A stretch of DNA of 64,000 nt from positions 1,728,001-1,792,000 of the forward strand of contig JBFWVL010000001.1 of the NCBI GenBank assembly GCA_050246755.1, given 5' to 3'. The DNA is from Bacteriovoracia bacterium (GTDB lineage: Bacteria; Bdellovibrionota; UBA1018; CAIPTA01). Below the pieces are notes generated by a model. That model was not told where the DNA came from, made no database searches, and was given only the letters and a program-made list of their open reading frames with translations. The position numbers and the translations under genes were made by a program. Positions 43,106 to 52,244 of this stretch are shown piece by piece (position 1 is the stretch's first letter; the number at the start of each line of letters is the position of its first letter).

Positions 43106-44016
43106 GCCAACCACCTCTTGCGCTTGAGCCAGAAGAAGATACATAGCTCGATCACGAGCATGGCACTAAGCGCGCCGGGATAGCCCCATTTTGTGTTTAG
43201 CTCCGGCATATGCGCGAAGTTCATCCCGTAGATACCGGTCACCAGATTTAGCGGTAAAACGAAGATGCTCACCAGGGTCAAGAGCCGCACCACGTCGCTC
43301 GTGCGGTTCGCGCTCAACGAAATCGAGAGCTGCACCAGGTCGGTGGTGGTTTCCACGAGATCGTCGGAATAAAAAAATAAACGATCGGCTTCTTCCTTCA
43401 ACGTTTGAATCGCCGCCGAATTGGGCTCGCCCAGTTTTGATACCGAAGGGAGGAGGTCGCGCGTGAGGCGGAGCATGCGCTTAAAGAGCGTGGCCCGTTT
43501 TTTCACGATCAGCGCGGTTTCAAGGATGGGGGCCGGGGCCGATGTGGACGAGTCGCGGAAGATGGCGTCTTCGAGCTCATCGAGAACCACGTTAGCGTGG
43601 TCGATCGGGGCATCGTAAGTGAAAAGGCATTCCTCCACGATATCGTGAAGCACGCTCGCAAGCTTGGGCGGTTCCCGGTTCGCGCTCTTTTCCCAAGCTA
43701 CGCGCACGCCCTCCAGCCAGGGAAGCTGTGCCCGGTGCACTGAAATCAAAAAGTTCTCGCCCCAGAAGAGCGCTACCTTGCGGGTGGTTTCCTGCACGCC
43801 GGTGGCCTGGCCGGGAGACTTTTCGTCGAAGGCCCGGAGCATGAGCAAGCCCCCGTTCGGCGTGCGCTGGAATTTGGGCAATAGATCGGGATCAAGGCAG
43901 TCGCGGAGAGGGGATTCAGGAAGACCGTACCTGGCGGCGAGTGCCGTAAGCTCACCGGGACTTGGCTCGTAGACATCGAGCCAATGGGAAGAGCCGAATT
44001 CGAGTTTGCGTTCCAT
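43102..44016 (-). CDS. corA: CorA family Mg2+/Co2+ transporter
   Basis: C-terminal two TMs with GIYGMNF..MPEL..KWGY signature. Confidence 0.9.
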   Translation of the reverse strand: MERKLEFGSSHWLDVYEPSPGELTALAARYGLPESPLRDCLDPDLLPKFQRTPNGGLLMLRAFDEKSPGQATGVQETTRKVALFWGENFLISVHRAQLPWLEGVRVAWEKSANREPPKLASVLHDIVEECLFTYDAPIDHANVVLDELEDAIFRDSSTSAPAPILETALIVKKRATLFKRMLRLTRDLLPSVSKLGEPNSAAIQTLKEEADRLFFYSDDLVETTTDLVQLSISLSANRTSDVVRLLTLVSIFVLPLNLVTGIYGMNFAHMPELNTKWGYPGALSAMLVIELCIFFWLKRKRWLA

Positions 44017-44025
44017 TCCCTTTTT

Positions 44026-44352
44026 CTAAAGCGCTTCGTATTCTCTTACGAGTACTTTCTTCTCGTTGATCGACCATTCTTCGCCGCTTCCATGCTTGGC
44101 GGTGCCGATGAAGGACTGGCCATCGCCTCCTATGCGGAGCTCGAGCTTCCATTCGTTGCATTGGTCGCCCTGGGAAGTGAATCCAATCTGATCCAAAGAA
44201 TTCGAGTAGGCATTGTATTCCGCATGGTAAGCGGCTTCTCCGCCGTAGATCGCGGCGAGGGAAGTTTTTGCGCAGTAAGGGTCTAGTGGCTTCTTTTCGG
44301 CGGCGAGGGCGCATACCGGAACCAAGAGCAGAAAAAGGGCGATTTTTCTCAT
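44026..44352 (-). CDS. Small secreted protein with a type IV pilin-like head segment
   Basis: Sec-type signal peptide then AKTSLAAIYGGEAAYHAEYNAYSNSLDQIGF and WSINEKK, resembling pilin alpha1-C and terminal strands. Confidence 0.6.
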   Translation of the reverse strand: MRKIALFLLLVPVCALAAEKKPLDPYCAKTSLAAIYGGEAAYHAEYNAYSNSLDQIGFTSQGDQCNEWKLELRIGGDGQSFIGTAKHGSGEEWSINEKKVLVREYEAL

Positions 44353-44409
44353 AAGCACTCCTATTTAAATAATAGCAAGGGCTCTAGTTGTGCGCCTAGG
44401 TGGCAATAC

Positions 44410-44964
44410 CTACAGTTTCGGCAGGGTGAGTCCCGGTTGATTCATGTACTTGCCGCTTTTGTCTTTATAGCTGGTTTGGCACGGTTCATCGCTCTCGAAA
44501 AAGAGGAGCTGGGCGATGCCTTCGTTGGAATATACCTTCGCGGGCAGCTGAGTGGTATTCGAGATCTCCAGCGTGAGGATGCCCTCCCACTCGGGCTCGA
44601 GGGGGGTAACATTCACGATTAATCCGCAGCGCGCGTAGGTGCTTTTTCCCACGCATACGGCCAATACGTTGCGAGGGATGCGGAAATGCTCCACGGTGGC
44701 CGCCAGGGCGAAGCTATTGGGCGGGATGATGCAATGGTCGGCGTTGATCGTCACGAAATTGCGATTATCGAAATTCTTAGGATCCACGAGAGTGGAGTTC
44801 ACGTTCGTGAAGATCTTATACTCGGTGCCCACGCGGATATCGTAGCCGTAGCTCGAAACGCCGTAGGAGATCTGGCCCTTACGAACTTGTTTCTCTTCGT
44901 AGGGCTCGATCATCTTATGTTCCCGGCACATGCGGGTGATCCACTTATCGCTCTTGATGCTCAT
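44410..44964 (-). CDS. dcd: dCTP deaminase
   Basis: [37 protein letters not shown]; start at ATG 44964. Confidence 0.97.
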   Translation of the reverse strand: MSIKSDKWITRMCREHKMIEPYEEKQVRKGQISYGVSSYGYDIRVGTEYKIFTNVNSTLVDPKNFDNRNFVTINADHCIIPPNSFALAATVEHFRIPRNVLAVCVGKSTYARCGLIVNVTPLEPEWEGILTLEISNTTQLPAKVYSNEGIAQLLFFESDEPCQTSYKDKSGKYMNQPGLTLPKL

Positions 44965-45173
44965 TATTTCTTTTTCTTGTTCTGCCAGAAGCCTTTGGGA
45001 AAATAGTCGCTGTGGGTGGAGATGAAACGGCGCATGGCCGTGTTCACGAGTTCTCCCTCGGGAATCTTCATGTTGTCGCTCATCACCTTTAGGCATTCGG
45101 CAACTTCGGCCTCCACGGGCACGGAGATCGACGAATCGAGCTTGAATGGTTCGCGGTATGGATTTTGTGGCAT
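44964..45173 (-). CDS. Small ribbon-helix-helix-like protein
   Basis: [37 protein letters not shown] strand-helix-helix pattern; TAATG overlap with dcd. Confidence 0.55.
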   Translation of the reverse strand: MPQNPYREPFKLDSSISVPVEAEVAECLKVMSDNMKIPEGELVNTAMRRFISTHSDYFPKGFWQNKKKK

Positions 45174-45219
45174 GTTCTGTCCCCCTGATTCGAGGGACAG
45201 ATTACTGTGGACTAGGGGA

Positions 45220-46098
45220 TTATTCCAGCACTACGGCCAGTTTGCGCGTGCTCTGAGCGGCGGCGGTTAACGCGGCCACGCTGGCGGAGTCTTCGGCTCC
45301 GCGGCGTATTTCGAGGTAGCCTTTATCTTCAGAAGGAAAGCCGAGGGAAATCTTCAGGTCCATCTCGAGCACTTTCACTTCTTCGGCGCCATTGTGCGTG
45401 GCGGCATCATCGGAAATCACGGCGAAAGAGCGGGCCCGCAGTTCTTTTAGCTCGGCCAAGAGGTGGTTATACAAAGCCTTGCGCGCGTTATTCTCGAAGT
45501 TTGCTTGAAGGTAATCGTTGAGGGCGATGCGCACGAAGCCTTCCCGCCATAGGGCCTGCTGCTGGTCCACGCTGAGGTTCACGGCGAATAGGGCTGCGCG
45601 TTTTTTAGCGGTCTGGCCACCCATGATTTTTTTGCGGCTATTGAAGCGAAGTTTTACTTCTTCTTCGCGCACGTTGCGTTCCGCCTGCAGGGCGGGAGCC
45701 GCAGTGAGGGCGAAGTCGGATTCGGAAATGATCGAGAGTCTCTCGCTGGAAAGGAGGTTCATCGAGCCGGAGATGGCGTTCTCGCGGAGTAGTTCCTCGT
45801 TATTGCCAAAGCCGATACGGGTGGGCTGGGCGCGAGGGCCGATTTCTTTTTCGGTGGAGGGAGCCAGCGGCGAACAGCGGCTGAGTACTAGCATGAGGCT
45901 AACGAGGGCCATGAATTGCAGCACTGGCTGCACGAGGTAGAAGGTGTGCAGGAAGCGCTTAGGGAGGGTGGCTTTGGGCGCTTTGGATTTTTTGGCTGGC
46001 ATAGAGGTATCTCCTGCAGGGGCAATTGCAGGGGCTGTGCCGAGTTTCCCTTGGGACAATGCTTTGAATTTACTGATCTTTTTTGATTTTTCCGTCAA
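45220..46098 (-). CDS. Hypothetical membrane-anchored protein
   Basis: 292-aa ORF with one hydrophobic helix ending in Cys; start uncertain. Confidence 0.6.
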   Translation of the reverse strand: MTEKSKKISKFKALSQGKLGTAPAIAPAGDTSMPAKKSKAPKATLPKRFLHTFYLVQPVLQFMALVSLMLVLSRCSPLAPSTEKEIGPRAQPTRIGFGNNEELLRENAISGSMNLLSSERLSIISESDFALTAAPALQAERNVREEEVKLRFNSRKKIMGGQTAKKRAALFAVNLSVDQQQALWREGFVRIALNDYLQANFENNARKALYNHLLAELKELRARSFAVISDDAATHNGAEEVKVLEMDLKISLGFPSEDKGYLEIRRGAEDSASVAALTAAAQSTRKLAVVLE

Positions 46099-46226
46099 TT
46101 TTCTGATCAGCTTTTGGACGGCTGTACACAGAATAGACGGACTCGGGGCAGAGGTTTTCTGGAGAGGTAGGCCTGGACAGCAAAGGAGGGCTCAACCCCA
46201 TAAGTTATTGAATTTATGAGGTTAAA

Positions 46227-48020
46227 TCAAGGCTTCACTTGGCGGGCGTTAGATGAATCGAAGCTCCAATAATACATCCGGCCCATCTCGTCTTCCCGCT
46301 GGTCCTGGCCCCACCGGACTTCCTTGGAAGAATCCACGCGCGTGGGATTCGCCGGGGAATTATCGTACTCGAATTCCACGCGTAGCCTCGAGCCCGCACT
46401 CACCGCGAGTGGCTTTTTATAGATCTGCGCGAGCTTATTTTTCAGCAGAAAGCGCGGCAAATTGCAGAGCGGCCGCAGTTTTCCGTCTCGCGAAATTTCC
46501 GAAAACTTCACTGATTTTCCCCGGGCGTGCATGTGAAAGCCGGTGGCGAGAATCTGAATATTTTTTTCCACCGTTTTTTCGGCGGCGGCCCAGGTGGACT
46601 CTGAGCCCGGCGGAATCCGCAGTTCTGCTAGCCAGATATTATTAAACTTCAATTCTCTCGGTGGCACGGAATCCGAGTATTTCTCTAGCGAAACTTTCAC
46701 GAATTCGGTTTCAGGTTTTCCCGTGGGGGTGAAGTGAAGCTCCAGGTAAACTCGGGAGCCCTTCGGAATTCTAAAGGCCAGGCCATTCTTCAGCTTATAC
46801 GGCCGCGGAACCGAAATGGTTCCCCAAAGCATCCCGCTCACGTTCTCGGGATCGGCCCATTCGGGCTCGAAGATATTTTGGGAAATATCGACAGGCTTCT
46901 GGGTATAGAAAATATTTACGTGATTGAGAACGGCTGGATTAGTGAACTCGAAATGATAGCCCGAGATCCACATTTCCTCCGCGGTTTCGGCGATGAGCTG
47001 TTCGTAGTGCCAGGGGAAGGAATCATCGGCTTTGATCTTCACCGGCGCTTTCATCTGCAGCACTAAATCGGGCCGGATGCTCGGGTAGTGGAATACTTCT
47101 TTTTTCTCTTTTACCGGCGGGCCCTCCGGATAGCCGGAATCCACCCAGGCGAAGATCGTGCGTTTTTCCTCGGCGGTGAGCGCCACGCTTTGCCCGAGAT
47201 CACATACGGTTTCATCGGCCTCCCAGGGAGGCATCCGCTCGGCACGGATCACTTCCCGGAGCATCCTTCCCCAGCCGCGTAGGTCGCGGTAGTGAATGAT
47301 ATTGGTGGGCGCCACTTTCTGGTTTACGTGGCAGGTATAGCATTTTGCTTCGAGGATAGGGCGCACGTGCTGGGTATACGTTACCGCGGGCGCCTTCAAG
47401 TATTCGATCGCGCAGCCGAGGGCGGGGATATTGGGATGGCTGATCGCCCGGCCGGCGAGAAACTGATCGGCGGCCCTTTCGAAATAATTTTCCGCGGCCT
47501 GGGGCTTGGAACTTCCGTAGCCGAAGCGATCGTCGATGGCGCCGCGGTAGAGGATGTTCCTCGATTTCGGCTCTACCAAAATAACCTCGCCGGTTCTTTC
47601 CACGTTCAGCCCGCGGAGCACGTCTTGGGTTTCGTCGAGGAGGATGGGGATTTTTATCCCGAATTCTTTGGCCTCGGCTTGCAGCGAGGCCCGGGTGTCC
47701 TGGGGGTTTGCGTCCACGAAGAAGAAGCGAATTCCCTTGGCGCTATACTTTTCGCGGAGCTGCTCGAGCTTCGGAAGCATTTTCCTCACGATGGGGCAGC
47801 CCACGCCGTAGGAGATCAGCGCCACCGCTTTGGCCGTGGTTTGGCGGGAAAATTCCATCATCGTGGCGTTCTGATCGAGGAGGGCGAAGTCCTCGATGCG
47901 GGTGCCTTCCGTAACTATTGGGACAGGGGAAGGGCTTCGGTAGCGGGCTGAGAAAAAGAAAATTCCCGCTCCCGCGGCCACCGCGCAAAGAAAGAGCAGA
48001 ATTTTATTTTTCGTGCTCAT
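46227..48020 (-). CDS. Redoxin-domain + c-type heme + copper monooxygenase-like (PHM/DBH fold) protein
   Basis: Redoxin GCPIVR...YRGAIDD; CYTCH heme motif, RMPPW; HMHARG and DEM metal-ligand motifs. Confidence 0.78.
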   Translation of the reverse strand: MSTKNKILLFLCAVAAGAGIFFFSARYRSPSPVPIVTEGTRIEDFALLDQNATMMEFSRQTTAKAVALISYGVGCPIVRKMLPKLEQLREKYSAKGIRFFFVDANPQDTRASLQAEAKEFGIKIPILLDETQDVLRGLNVERTGEVILVEPKSRNILYRGAIDDRFGYGSSKPQAAENYFERAADQFLAGRAISHPNIPALGCAIEYLKAPAVTYTQHVRPILEAKCYTCHVNQKVAPTNIIHYRDLRGWGRMLREVIRAERMPPWEADETVCDLGQSVALTAEEKRTIFAWVDSGYPEGPPVKEKKEVFHYPSIRPDLVLQMKAPVKIKADDSFPWHYEQLIAETAEEMWISGYHFEFTNPAVLNHVNIFYTQKPVDISQNIFEPEWADPENVSGMLWGTISVPRPYKLKNGLAFRIPKGSRVYLELHFTPTGKPETEFVKVSLEKYSDSVPPRELKFNNIWLAELRIPPGSESTWAAAEKTVEKNIQILATGFHMHARGKSVKFSEISRDGKLRPLCNLPRFLLKNKLAQIYKKPLAVSAGSRLRVEFEYDNSPANPTRVDSSKEVRWGQDQREDEMGRMYYWSFDSSNARQVKP

Positions 48021-48661
48021 CGCGAAAAATTTACTTCTCCCGGAATCGCGTCCATGCGGCGTTTCACTTCAAGTGCAACTTCTTCGTTGGATGCGCCACT
48101 TACGATCACCGGCTCACCGTATTCCACTTCCACGCGCGCGAAAGGTTTGGGCAGGTAGGTCTTATTCCAGGAACGTGGGAATCTCCAGGCGCGGTCGGCC
48201 CGGGTGCGCAGGGGGATGATGGGCTTGCCGGTTTTACGCGCGAGCTCGATCACGCCGGGCTTCACCACGTAGATCGGGCCGCGGGGGCCATCCACGGCCA
48301 TCGCGGATTGGGATCCATCGCGCACGGCCTTGATCAAGCCGATCAGCCCGCGCGCTCCGCCCTTCGAGGAAGAGCCGCGAAATACTTGGTAGCCCAGCAG
48401 CGTGAGGGTGCGGGCCATCAGCGTTCCGTCTTTGGAAAGAGAAGAGAGCACGGCGAGGCGGCGGTAGCAGTAGTAGCCCACGAGCACCAGCTCATCCCCA
48501 TGCCAGAAAGAATAATTGCAGGATTCGCTGGGGCCTTTGCGATCCACGTAACGCGCCAACACCTCGGAAGGGCCGAACTCGCGGATGCGCCAGGTGCAGC
48601 TCAGCAGGTAATAAATCGGCGCAAGTAGTGCGGGTAGAATGGCCTGGAGGATCGCGGTCAT
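48017..48661 (-). CDS. DUF374 / lysophospholipid acyltransferase family protein
   Basis: FWHG, SLSKDG, RGSSSKGG, VDGPRGP, SWNK..LPKPF. Confidence 0.88.
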   Translation of the reverse strand: MTAILQAILPALLAPIYYLLSCTWRIREFGPSEVLARYVDRKGPSESCNYSFWHGDELVLVGYYCYRRLAVLSSLSKDGTLMARTLTLLGYQVFRGSSSKGGARGLIGLIKAVRDGSQSAMAVDGPRGPIYVVKPGVIELARKTGKPIIPLRTRADRAWRFPRSWNKTYLPKPFARVEVEYGEPVIVSGASNEEVALEVKRRMDAIPGEVNFSR

Positions 48662-48743
48662 TCGGGAACTATAGCAAAGGAAGACAAGCGGAACGAGCCG
48701 GCAAGCCGGTTTTACTGAAAAAACCAACGAAGCGAACCAAGCC

Positions 48744-50732
48744 TTAGCTAGTGGCGTGATCCAAAATCTCCGCCACGTCTTTCACGAGCACTTGATCCTG
48801 CTTCTCTTTGCTCTTCACGCCGTCGGTGAGCATGGTGGAGCAGAAGGGGCAGCCTGATGCGATCACTTTCGCGCCGGTGCCTAAAGCTTCCTCGGTGCGT
48901 TCGATATTGATGCGCTTGCCAATGGTTTCTTCCATGAACATGCGCGCTCCGCCGGCGCCGCAGCAGAGGCCTTTATTTTTATTGCGCGGCATTTCTTTCA
49001 CGTTCAACTCAGGAATCGCATTCAAGATCGCGCGCGGATCTTCATACACATTGTTCCAGCGGCCGAGGTAGCAGGAATCGTGGAAGGTAACTTCGCCGGA
49101 ATCCGATTTCACGGGTTTTAGTTTTCCCTCGGTAATGAGATCCGCCAAGAAAGTAGTGTGGTGAACCACGTCGTACTGCGCGCCGAAGGCGGGGTACTCG
49201 TTCTTCAGCGTATTGAAGCAGTGCGGGCAGCCGGTGAGGATTTTTTTCGGCTTGTACTTGTTCAAGGTCTCCACGTTTTCCTTGATCAGCATCTGCGCCA
49301 GGTACTCGTTGCCGGCACGGCGGGCGGGGTCGCCGTTGCATTTCTCTTCTTTGCCGAGGATGGCAAAATCCACCTTGGCTTTTTTCAGGAGGCTCACGAT
49401 CGCCGTGGCCACTTTCTTGGCGCGGTCGTCGAAGGAGCCGGCGCAGCCCACGTAGTAGAGCACTTCGGCGTTCGGGTGGTCGGCCATTTGTTTCACGTCG
49501 AGATCGCGGCACCAGTCGGCGCGGGTATCGTGGCCGAAGGCCCAAGGGGTAAAATTATTTTCGAGGTTCTTGAACACGGTTTGCATTTCGGGCGGGAAGC
49601 GGGATTCCATCAGCACGAGGCTTTTGCGCGTTTCGAAAATGAGGTTGGTTTGCTCGATATACACCGGGCAGACTTCTTCACAGGCGCGGCAGCTCGTGCA
49701 GGCCCAGAGCACATCCTCGGTGAGGCCGGAATCGGCGCGTACGGGGTGGGGAATGCCTTCATGATTTTTGGCGAGCACTAGGTCTTTTTGCTTGAGCAGT
49801 TCCACCTTGAAATCGTGCACGAGGCGCGCGGGGGAAAGGGGTTTGCCGGTGATCGCCGCGGGGCAAACCTCTTCGCAGCGCCCGCACTCGGTGCAGGCGT
49901 AGAGATCGAGGGTATTTTTCCAGGAGAGATCGGAAATTTTATTGATGCCGAAGCTGGTGGCGTTCTCGTCTTCGAGATTGGTTTTCTCCATTGCCTTGGG
50001 AACGCCGAGGTGCTTGAAGAAAATATTCGGGGCGGCGGCCAGGATGTGGAGGTGCTTCGAGTTCGGGATATAGCAGAGGAAACCCAGCACCAGGAGGAGG
50101 TGGGTCCAGTAGAACATTTCCTGGCCCACGAAGGCGGCCTCGGGACTTACTCCCGGCAGCAGGCTGGCCCATAGATGAGCGGAGATCGGGAAGAAGCTGG
50201 CGTAGAAACCGGGATCCGTGCCCACGCGGAAAGCATTCATCGCAAACAGCGAAAGCATAAGGCAGGCCGTGATGGCCAAAATGAAAAGCGCATCGGGGCC
50301 AGTGCGCAAGTAGTGGGGCTTGATCACGAGGCGGCGGAAAAAACCAAATCCTACCCCGAGCAGAACGGCGAGCGTCATCACGTCGGCCACGGTATTGTAG
50401 GTTCCGAACACGCGGTCTCCGAGAAGGCGTAGGTTCACGCCGTGGAAAATACCTTCGATCATCATTTCGGTGGTGCCGATGGTGATGATGATGAAGCCCC
50501 AGAAAATCATGGTGTGGGCGGTGCCGGGAGCTTTTTTGCGGCGTACGGATCTTTGCCCGAGAACGTCGATCAACACGTACCAGAAGCGGGCGAGGGGATG
50601 GGAGAGGCGATCGGGGCCGGGCCGGGTTACGGATTGCATCACCGTTACCAGGGATCTAGCGCAGATGGCGAAGTAGGCATTAGCGCCCACCACGGCGGCT
50701 AAAACGAGAAAAGGTTTGATCGTCCAGTACAT
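48744..50732 (-). CDS. Membrane Fe-S oxidoreductase (FadF/HdrD-like, CCG domains)
   Basis: N-terminal TMs, two 4Fe-4S motifs (CTECGRCEEVCP, CTSCRACEEVCP), CCG domains (CPHC, HDSCYLGR, CCGAGG, CPFC). Confidence 0.92.
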   Translation of the reverse strand: MYWTIKPFLVLAAVVGANAYFAICARSLVTVMQSVTRPGPDRLSHPLARFWYVLIDVLGQRSVRRKKAPGTAHTMIFWGFIIITIGTTEMMIEGIFHGVNLRLLGDRVFGTYNTVADVMTLAVLLGVGFGFFRRLVIKPHYLRTGPDALFILAITACLMLSLFAMNAFRVGTDPGFYASFFPISAHLWASLLPGVSPEAAFVGQEMFYWTHLLLVLGFLCYIPNSKHLHILAAAPNIFFKHLGVPKAMEKTNLEDENATSFGINKISDLSWKNTLDLYACTECGRCEEVCPAAITGKPLSPARLVHDFKVELLKQKDLVLAKNHEGIPHPVRADSGLTEDVLWACTSCRACEEVCPVYIEQTNLIFETRKSLVLMESRFPPEMQTVFKNLENNFTPWAFGHDTRADWCRDLDVKQMADHPNAEVLYYVGCAGSFDDRAKKVATAIVSLLKKAKVDFAILGKEEKCNGDPARRAGNEYLAQMLIKENVETLNKYKPKKILTGCPHCFNTLKNEYPAFGAQYDVVHHTTFLADLITEGKLKPVKSDSGEVTFHDSCYLGRWNNVYEDPRAILNAIPELNVKEMPRNKNKGLCCGAGGARMFMEETIGKRINIERTEEALGTGAKVIASGCPFCSTMLTDGVKSKEKQDQVLVKDVAEILDHATS

Positions 50733-50854
50733 GCAGTCCCTCGAGAATGAGTGTGTGGATAAGGTGTATAAGTCGGGGAAGAATTTTGCAATGGCGGGGC
50801 GCGTAAACTTGATTCTGCCTGGTGGCCCCGCGGCTTCGAGAATAAGATTTTACC

Positions 50855-51481
50855 ATGAGAAAAATTCTAGCCCTTCTTTGCCTTCTCCTCGCCTGGCCCG
50901 CCTACGCCTCTACCCCTTCGGTTCATGGCCATGAATTCGTGGCGGAATCGGAGCGTGCCGATCCACCAAGCGAAGAATTAACCGAACGCTTGGCTAGGGA
51001 TTCCGAGTTCGTGGACGAAACCGGAAGCATGGGCTTTCCCAAGGCGGTAGCTACCCTCCAGCGCATCTACGATTCGAAGGAAATTTATTGGGAAACCAGG
51101 GAAGAGGCCTTGCGCACCTTGCTCCTGCGTTTCGAGCGTTCGCCCGGCAAGAAAGCCCGTACTTTGCAAAAATACTTAATCGGAAAGCTACGCACGAAGA
51201 AAGAGCCGCTCGAGGCCAAGAAGCTGATTTACGATTCAATCGCGGGCCAGGCGAATAAAGCCGCCATTCCCGCGATGGTAACGGTGGCGAGCGATCCCGC
51301 CGTGCACGAGTTCGTGCGTTTCGAAGCGTGTAAAGACCTTGCTTCCGAGAAACTAAAGCCCGGCCAAAAGCAGATCGTGCGCAAGGCGCTAAATCAGATC
51401 GCTTCCCTTAAGGCCGTGAAGGCGGGGGAAGTGGAAGGCATGAACGTGGCCGAAGTGGAAAGCCTATTGAAGAAATTTTAG
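50855..51481 (+). CDS. Secreted helical (HEAT-like) hypothetical protein
   Basis: Signal peptide ending AYA; alpha-helical repeats such as REEALRTL and VRFEACKDL. Confidence 0.65.
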   Translation: MRKILALLCLLLAWPAYASTPSVHGHEFVAESERADPPSEELTERLARDSEFVDETGSMGFPKAVATLQRIYDSKEIYWETREEALRTLLLRFERSPGKKARTLQKYLIGKLRTKKEPLEAKKLIYDSIAGQANKAAIPAMVTVASDPAVHEFVRFEACKDLASEKLKPGQKQIVRKALNQIASLKAVKAGEVEGMNVAEVESLLKKF

Positions 51482-51533
51482 GGAAAATCCTAAGGTGCGA
51501 GAGCAAATGATTTTGATTTTGCGCGATGCCAAA

Positions 51534-51553
51534 TTGTAACCATTTCGTTACAA
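51534..51553. promoter_or_regulatory. Palindromic candidate transcription-factor site
   Basis: TTGTAAC-N6-GTTACAA upstream of the chemotaxis operon. Confidence 0.5.
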
Positions 51554-51650
51554 ATGTAAGGTCGCTCTGTCATAAAAAATCTAGTGAAATGTAGCTAAGT
51601 AAATCTACTAGTATTCCAAGCGGCTACAATAGATTTTTTTTTATTTTTAT

Positions 51651-51677
51651 TAAGGCCTCTCTGGTTCCGATCGATAG
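51651..51677 (+). promoter_or_regulatory. Sigma-28-type promoter of the che operon
   Basis: TAAG-N15-ATCGATAG, 42 nt before cheW. Confidence 0.5.
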
Positions 51678-51719
51678 GAGTATGTACCGCAATCGCGGTT
51701 TCATTATCCCGGAGAGCAC

Positions 51720-52223
51720 GTGAACGAAACTAATCTACCAGTCGACCAAAAAGAAAAATCAGTCTACGAAGAGCGTTTCCTCGCCTTCACTCTTTGCAAA
51801 GAGCAGTACGCTATTCCTTTACAGCAAGTGAAAGAGGTGATCGGCTATCAGAATGCTACGCCGGTCCCCCAGGCCCCGAATTACTTTAAGGGAGTAATCA
51901 ATCTACGCGGCCAGATTATTTCGATTGTGGACCTTCGCACTAAGCTGAAGCTCATCAATCCCGAGCTCGGCCCCGAGACGGCCATAATTATTCTCGACCT
52001 GAATCCTTTTTGCCTCGGCGTGGTGGTGGATACCATTGATTGTGTGCATGCTTTCGCTAAGTCTGACATCGATGACTCCAATGGCATCGAGAACTATGCG
52101 AAGCAACATTATATTACCGGCATCGCCAAAAAAGATAAGCAGCTGGTGATTCTGCTCGACGTGAAGGCCACCATCGATCCGGCCGACGCACAAATTCTAA
52201 ATCAAAATAAAAAAGCCGCTTAA
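51720..52223 (+). CDS. cheW: Chemotaxis coupling protein CheW
   Basis: YAIPLQQVKEVI, TPVPQAPNYFKGVINLRGQIISIVDLR, GVVVD. Confidence 0.96.
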   Translation: MNETNLPVDQKEKSVYEERFLAFTLCKEQYAIPLQQVKEVIGYQNATPVPQAPNYFKGVINLRGQIISIVDLRTKLKLINPELGPETAIIILDLNPFCLGVVVDTIDCVHAFAKSDIDDSNGIENYAKQHYITGIAKKDKQLVILLDVKATIDPADAQILNQNKKAA

Positions 52224-52244
52224 TTTAATTATACCGAGGAAAAT

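Noticed and set aside
44965-45096. 44-aa N-terminal extension of dcd in the ORF track
   Set aside because: It overlaps the upstream small gene; the family-typical start is MSIKSD at 44964.
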